DNA of 64,000 nt from Methanotrichaceae archaeon (lineage in GTDB: Archaea > Halobacteriota > Methanosarcinia > Methanotrichales > Methanotrichaceae), in contig CAVVKN010000023.1 of NCBI GenBank assembly GCA_963748825.1, positions 1-64,000 of the forward strand, written 5' to 3'. Shown here piece after piece: positions 59,528 to 64,000 of this stretch. Numbering within the stretch: the first letter of the stretch is position 1; each line of letters starts with the position of its first letter. A program made the translations under genes and the position numbers. The notes below the pieces were generated by a model that saw only the letters and a list, made by a program, of their open reading frames with translations, was not told the DNA's origin and did not search any database.

Positions 59528-62500
59528 ACGGTATTATCCGCACAGAGAGGGAGGTTTTGCAGGGCCGACCTCAGCTCAGAAAGCTGCACCGGCTTGGTGA
59601 TGTAACCGTCCATGCCGGCAAGCAAGCATCTCTCTCTGTCCCCCTCCAGCGCATAAGCGGTCATAGCCAGAATCTTCGGCCTCTTTTTTAATTTTAAGTC
59701 CAAAATGGCACGGGTAGCCTCCAGGCCGTCCATCTCAGGCATCTGCACGTCCATGAGGATCACATCATATGACTTTTTTAAAAGAGCCTGCAAGACCTCC
59801 CGGCCATTGGAGACCACATCGGCTCGGTAGCCCAGCTTCTTTAGCATGAGAAGCGCAACCTTCTGGTTGACAAGGTTATCTTCCGCCAGCAATATATCCA
59901 GATTCGAATGTTCGGTCGCGCTGCTGCGAGGCCGCATCTTCTTATTATTTTGTGGAATTAAAGCCTCCTGCAGGGCAAAGAGAATGCCGCTTTGCGTAAT
60001 GGGCTTGATTAGAGTTTTTTTGCCTGCCCTTTGCCGACCGGTCGAGGCGAGGGTGATGATAGGAAGGCGATCCCCGATCTCCTCTGTAAGCTCATCGGCT
60101 CCCGGAACCTCCAGATCCAAAATTGCAGCATCAAAACGGCTCTCTGCCAGCTCTCGTGCCTCAAAGGCCGAGACAACTGGATAGATCTGCATCCCCCAGG
60201 AGCGGCCGGCTTCTACCAACTCCTTCAAGATGTCCTCGCGGCTGAGCAGAGCCATTACCTTCTTGCCGGCCAGATGCAGCTTGGCAGCCTCTCCAGAAAA
60301 TGGATGGGCAGAAATCAGGAAGTGGAAGGTTGAGCCCTCGCGTAGCTTGCTTTGCACCCAGATCTTGCCGCCCATCAACTCTACCAGCCTCTTGCTTATG
60401 GCCAGTCCCAGGCCCGTACCGCCATATTTTCTAGAGGTAGAAGCATCGACCTGGCTAAAGGAGAGGAAGAGCTTTTTCATGTCCTCTGAGCAGATGCCGA
60501 TTCCCGTATCGGAAATCGAAAAGTGAATTTCGTCTGCATTTTCTCCCGGCTGAACATGAATTGTTATGCTGCCTTTTTCAGTAAATTTTACCGCATTGCT
60601 AAGCAGGTTGACCAGGACCTGGCGCAGACGAACCGAGTCCCCTAGAATGGTTGGGGCAACTTTCCCGTCAATAGCATAGGTCAGATTCAGTCCTTTCTCC
60701 GCAGCCTTTGCCGCCACCATATCCAGGGAGGACTCGATGCTGTCAAGCAAAGCAAAGGGCAAATGCTCCAGCTTCATCTTGCCTTCATCGATCTTGGAGA
60801 AATCCAGTATATCGTTGATAATGGCAAGTAAAGCGTCACCGCTGCTGTGAATTGTCTCCACGAAATCACGCTGCTCTTCTGCGAGGTTGGTTTCCAGCAA
60901 GAGCCCAGCGAGGCCTATGACCGCATTCATGGGAGTGCGTATCTCGTGGCTCATATTGGCTAGAAACTCGCCCTTCGCCCGTAAAGCCGCATCTGCTGCC
61001 TGCTGCGCAGAACGAAGCTCTATTTCCGTTTTTTTATGTTTGACCATCTCCTCTTGCAGCGCCGCATTTGCCCGAAGTAGCCAGGCCGTTCTCTCCGCCA
61101 CTCTCTTTTCCAGCTCTTCCTGGGTCCTTTTTAGGGCCTCTTCCGCCAGTTTTCTCTCCGTGATGTCATTGACGAATCCCTCCAGGGCGAGCAGCACTCC
61201 GTCCGGCAGGAAGATTCCCTGACCCTGCTCCCAGACCCATTTGATGCCAGAGCGCGATCTCATCCGGTAAATCAGACGGAAAGGCCTTCTCTCTGCAATT
61301 GCCTCCTGGACCTCATTCCAGACGTAATTTTGGTCATCGGGATGAATCAAATCGGCATAAGAGATTGCTTTGTTCTCAAGCAGTTCTTCCGACTGGTATC
61401 CTGTTAGCTTTAAACAGCCGTCGCTTACAAATTCCATGGTCCTTTGCCGATCGTTTTTGCAGCGGTAAGCCATGCCTGGCAGATTGCTCATCAGCGTAGA
61501 GAGGGCCCTCTGGCTCTCCCGGAGAGCCTCCTCCGCACTTCGTCGCTGAATGATCTTCCACATGCCGCTCATGAGCAGTGTGAGCTGGCGCACATCGGAG
61601 TCGTCGTACTCCTCAACCTTGTTGCCAAGGCCCGCCACAATTACTACCTTGCCCTTGTCCATGATGGGCACATTCATGTGGCGGACAACCTTAACGTGGC
61701 CCGCGGGAGTGCCTCTTTTATGCGGGCAGGAGGCATAATCATTGGTTATAACCGCTTCCCTCTGACGAATAGCCTCGCCCCAGAGCCCCGTTTCCTGCAG
61801 ATGATAAACGATCCTTTTATGTTCAATGTCGCACTCCTGCATGGCCTTCTTGGACCAGGAGTGCATAAAGAGCGTCTTTTCTTCTTCGTCAACGAATGCC
61901 AGGTAACCGAGCTTGGAACCGGTCAGCTTGACCCCCGCCTCCAGGGCGAAGTCGGCGATCTCTTTAATGGAGGCCTCGTCCATCTGGTTGAGCCTTTGTA
62001 GTGCCTCCAGCCGGGAATCGTCCAGGAGCAGGGCTTCTTCCGCGTGCTTTCTATCGGTGATGTTGTAAAAGTTGGCCAGCAGGTAGATGGGTTTGCCGCA
62101 GTCGTCTTTGACCAGTGCACATATCATCTCCACCATGAAAGATTGGCCATCCAGCCTCTTTAATGGAAGCTCGCCCTGCCACTGCCCAACGGAATGAAGA
62201 GATGGTATGATCTCTTCTTGCAGCTTGGCTTTTCCCTCTGCATTCGTAAAATCAAATATAGATAGTCCTTTAACCTCGGAGACGTCCCTAAATCCGGAAT
62301 TTTTCAGAAGGCTGGCGTTTGCATACTCAATATTTCCTTCGAGATCCGCAAGCACAATGGCCATGGGAGCTGTCTCTACGACTTTTGTCATCTTCAGGAT
62401 CTCTATTTCAGCTTCCTTCTGAAAGGTAGCATCCCGCACATAGCCTGTCAGGCCCAGGATCTTTCCAGATTCGTCTAGCCAGGGATAATAAATGCAATCA

Positions 62501-62943
62501 AAAGAGCGCTCTCTTCCTTGCAGCGTCAAACGCACTTCGGTTTGCGCTCGGTTTCCGGTCTTCATGACCTGCTCTTTAATCTCCCTCAATCGCCTGGCAT
62601 CTGTTGGAGAAAAAATCTGGCTATCGGTCTTTCCCAGGACCATTGAAGCCTCTGTTCCGAAGGGCTTCTCACAGGAAAACCAGGTATAGCGCAGATCTCG
62701 GTCTTGAAGAAACAGGCAATCCTCAAACGGAGCGGTCATCCTGCCAGGATTCTCTTTTCCGGCCATAGAGGAGCAGTGCTCCGGCAAGCAGGCCAGCAGA
62801 TCGTCCAAGTTCTCCTTAAGGCCATCAAGCAACGCCGGCATTTGCGCTACATTGCAGTCACTCTCCTGCATATCCAATATCTTCTGCAGCATCTGCTTGA
62901 TCTGTGTCTCTGGATCGCTGCTTGCAGCTTTCTCTTCGCCCAA
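59524..62943 (-). CDS. Hybrid sensor histidine kinase (PAS-PAS-GAF-PAS-HisKA-HATPase-degenerate REC-REC)
   Basis: FLANMSHEIRTPMN, NLLSNAVKFT, DTGIG, GTGLGLAIS, LMDVQMPEMDG. Confidence 0.95.
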   Translation of the reverse strand: MGEEKAASSDPETQIKQMLQKILDMQESDCNVAQMPALLDGLKENLDDLLACLPEHCSSMAGKENPGRMTAPFEDCLFLQDRDLRYTWFSCEKPFGTEASMVLGKTDSQIFSPTDARRLREIKEQVMKTGNRAQTEVRLTLQGRERSFDCIYYPWLDESGKILGLTGYVRDATFQKEAEIEILKMTKVVETAPMAIVLADLEGNIEYANASLLKNSGFRDVSEVKGLSIFDFTNAEGKAKLQEEIIPSLHSVGQWQGELPLKRLDGQSFMVEMICALVKDDCGKPIYLLANFYNITDRKHAEEALLLDDSRLEALQRLNQMDEASIKEIADFALEAGVKLTGSKLGYLAFVDEEEKTLFMHSWSKKAMQECDIEHKRIVYHLQETGLWGEAIRQREAVITNDYASCPHKRGTPAGHVKVVRHMNVPIMDKGKVVIVAGLGNKVEEYDDSDVRQLTLLMSGMWKIIQRRSAEEALRESQRALSTLMSNLPGMAYRCKNDRQRTMEFVSDGCLKLTGYQSEELLENKAISYADLIHPDDQNYVWNEVQEAIAERRPFRLIYRMRSRSGIKWVWEQGQGIFLPDGVLLALEGFVNDITERKLAEEALKRTQEELEKRVAERTAWLLRANAALQEEMVKHKKTEIELRSAQQAADAALRAKGEFLANMSHEIRTPMNAVIGLAGLLLETNLAEEQRDFVETIHSSGDALLAIINDILDFSKIDEGKMKLEHLPFALLDSIESSLDMVAAKAAEKGLNLTYAIDGKVAPTILGDSVRLRQVLVNLLSNAVKFTEKGSITIHVQPGENADEIHFSISDTGIGICSEDMKKLFLSFSQVDASTSRKYGGTGLGLAISKRLVELMGGKIWVQSKLREGSTFHFLISAHPFSGEAAKLHLAGKKVMALLSREDILKELVEAGRSWGMQIYPVVSAFEARELAESRFDAAILDLEVPGADELTEEIGDRLPIITLASTGRQRAGKKTLIKPITQSGILFALQEALIPQNNKKMRPRSSATEHSNLDILLAEDNLVNQKVALLMLKKLGYRADVVSNGREVLQALLKKSYDVILMDVQMPEMDGLEATRAILDLKLKKRPKILAMTAYALEGDRERCLLAGMDGYITKPVQLSELRSALQNLPLCADNTV

Positions 62944-63302
62944 CGGTTATCACTGCCAACGCATCTAAAACATCTCTATCCTAATCAATATATTGGACGG
63001 ATGTATTGGTTGCACTCGGGCAGAAAGAATGGGATGCAGCCCTGTTCTATTTGGCATAGGTGAACAAGCAGTCTCCGATCCACCGGCACATGATACGAAA
63101 AACCCCCTGGCCAAAGGTCCATCTTCCGGCTCATAGTGACCTTATGTGCTACGAACTTCGCTATGGTGAATCGCGATAGAGGGGAGCTATGAAAACATTC
63201 GGAAACATAACGCTGAAGATCGGAAGGATATCTATGACGGATCACTGTGCGACATGGATGAGTGATATTATTTGAGGAACATATATCTGATGAACTCCCA
63301 AT

Positions 63303-63827
63303 CTAGTGGCTATTTTTTTTCAAAAAACCCCGCTGCAACAGCTCTATCAATTCCTCAGTATTGTACCGGGATATCAGATCCAAGAGCAGGTCCGTCTGCA
63401 TGTAGAAGCGTCTAGCTCTGTCGATCCCGTCCAGTGCAGCCTCAGACACATGCTCACAGGCCCTGAGATCATCTTCAGTCCTATTCATAGCGGCTATGAT
63501 GACCTGCATCTCTTGCCTCATATTGGTTATCAGTTCCTTCTTGAGGGAATCAGGATCTGTAACAGGAATATAGTGATATCTCTTGTCGCCCGGTATAATC
63601 ACCCTCCTGACCAGCCCCTGTCTTTCCAGCGTGCTAATATTGGTGCTTACTGTGGACTTGCTGTAGCCGGTCTCTTCCACCAGTTCATCCATGGAAATGG
63701 GCCTGTCCGCCAGAAAAAGCGTGCCGCGCAAAACACCCACCGCATCGCAGCAGCCGTAGCTGTTGGCCACTTTGACGCAGGCATCAACCATATATCTCTT
63801 CAAGATATCCTTCTCATCACGATCCAT
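63303..63827 (-). CDS. GbsR/MarR family transcriptional regulator
   Basis: PISMDELVEETGYSKSTVSTNISTLERQGLVRR..PGDKRYHY winged HTH. Confidence 0.88.
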   Translation of the reverse strand: MDRDEKDILKRYMVDACVKVANSYGCCDAVGVLRGTLFLADRPISMDELVEETGYSKSTVSTNISTLERQGLVRRVIIPGDKRYHYIPVTDPDSLKKELITNMRQEMQVIIAAMNRTEDDLRACEHVSEAALDGIDRARRFYMQTDLLLDLISRYNTEELIELLQRGFLKKNSH

Positions 63828-63874
63828 CCATTTCTAGAAGACCACAACTTTTAAGTACTTTTCGCATGTTCCGG

Positions 63875-63896
63875 ACGTTTGGTAATTTCCGAACGT
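63875..63896. promoter_or_regulatory. Imperfect palindrome, candidate operator of the GbsR-type regulator
   Basis: ACGTTTGGTAA|TTTCCGAACGT, 9 of 11 positions dyad-symmetric, in the divergent intergenic region. Confidence 0.5.
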
Positions 63897-63914
63897 AACT
63901 GAGGTAAAACGCGA

Positions 63915-64000
63915 ATGAAAGGCACAGAAAGGCTCGGCCATTGGATCGCAGACAACCCCATTATTATCATGGCAGCCGCACTGCTTCTAACTCTCGCCGC
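63915..64000 (+). CDS. 5' end of a membrane protein, probably an RND/MMPL (HAE3) transporter (truncated by the window edge)
   Basis: GAGGT RBS; MKGTERLGHWIADNPIIIMAAALLLTLA resembles MMPL N-termini; divergent from the GbsR-type regulator. Confidence 0.55.
   Translation, partial: MKGTERLGHWIADNPIIIMAAALLLTLA

Noticed and set aside
62985-63245. 86-aa ORF upstream of the hybrid kinase
   Set aside because: No motif, no RBS and atypical composition; cannot be supported as a gene.

Overview
Archaeal chromosomal DNA, most consistent with an acetoclastic methanogen of the Methanothrix/Methanosarcinales type. This is inferred from gene content (fwdGBD, ahbB-sirC-hemA-hemB, nadX, aglB, aIF-1, RIO2, a CetZ-like tubulin, Isf) and archaeal TATA boxes; no database search was run. 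Most of the window is housekeeping genes. The most notable structures are: (1) a ~4.99-kb near-identical tandem duplication (17018-22010 / 22011-27002) whose few visible substitutions are synonymous; (2) an operon with four LolC/E-MacB-type permeases (two paralogous pairs) sharing one LolD-type ATPase; (3) an AT-rich accessory islet at the 3' end of tRNA-Leu(TAG), with a five-repeat FG-GAP-like protein and two decayed gene relics; (4) an aglB paralog broken by a 1-nt frameshift and a 19-bp duplication; (5) an uncalled 30-aa membrane microprotein with a well-placed TATA box; (6) an orphan fwdGBD module; and (7) an M6 protease with a P-domain and no signal peptide. No CRISPR array, rRNA, transposase or integrase was seen.
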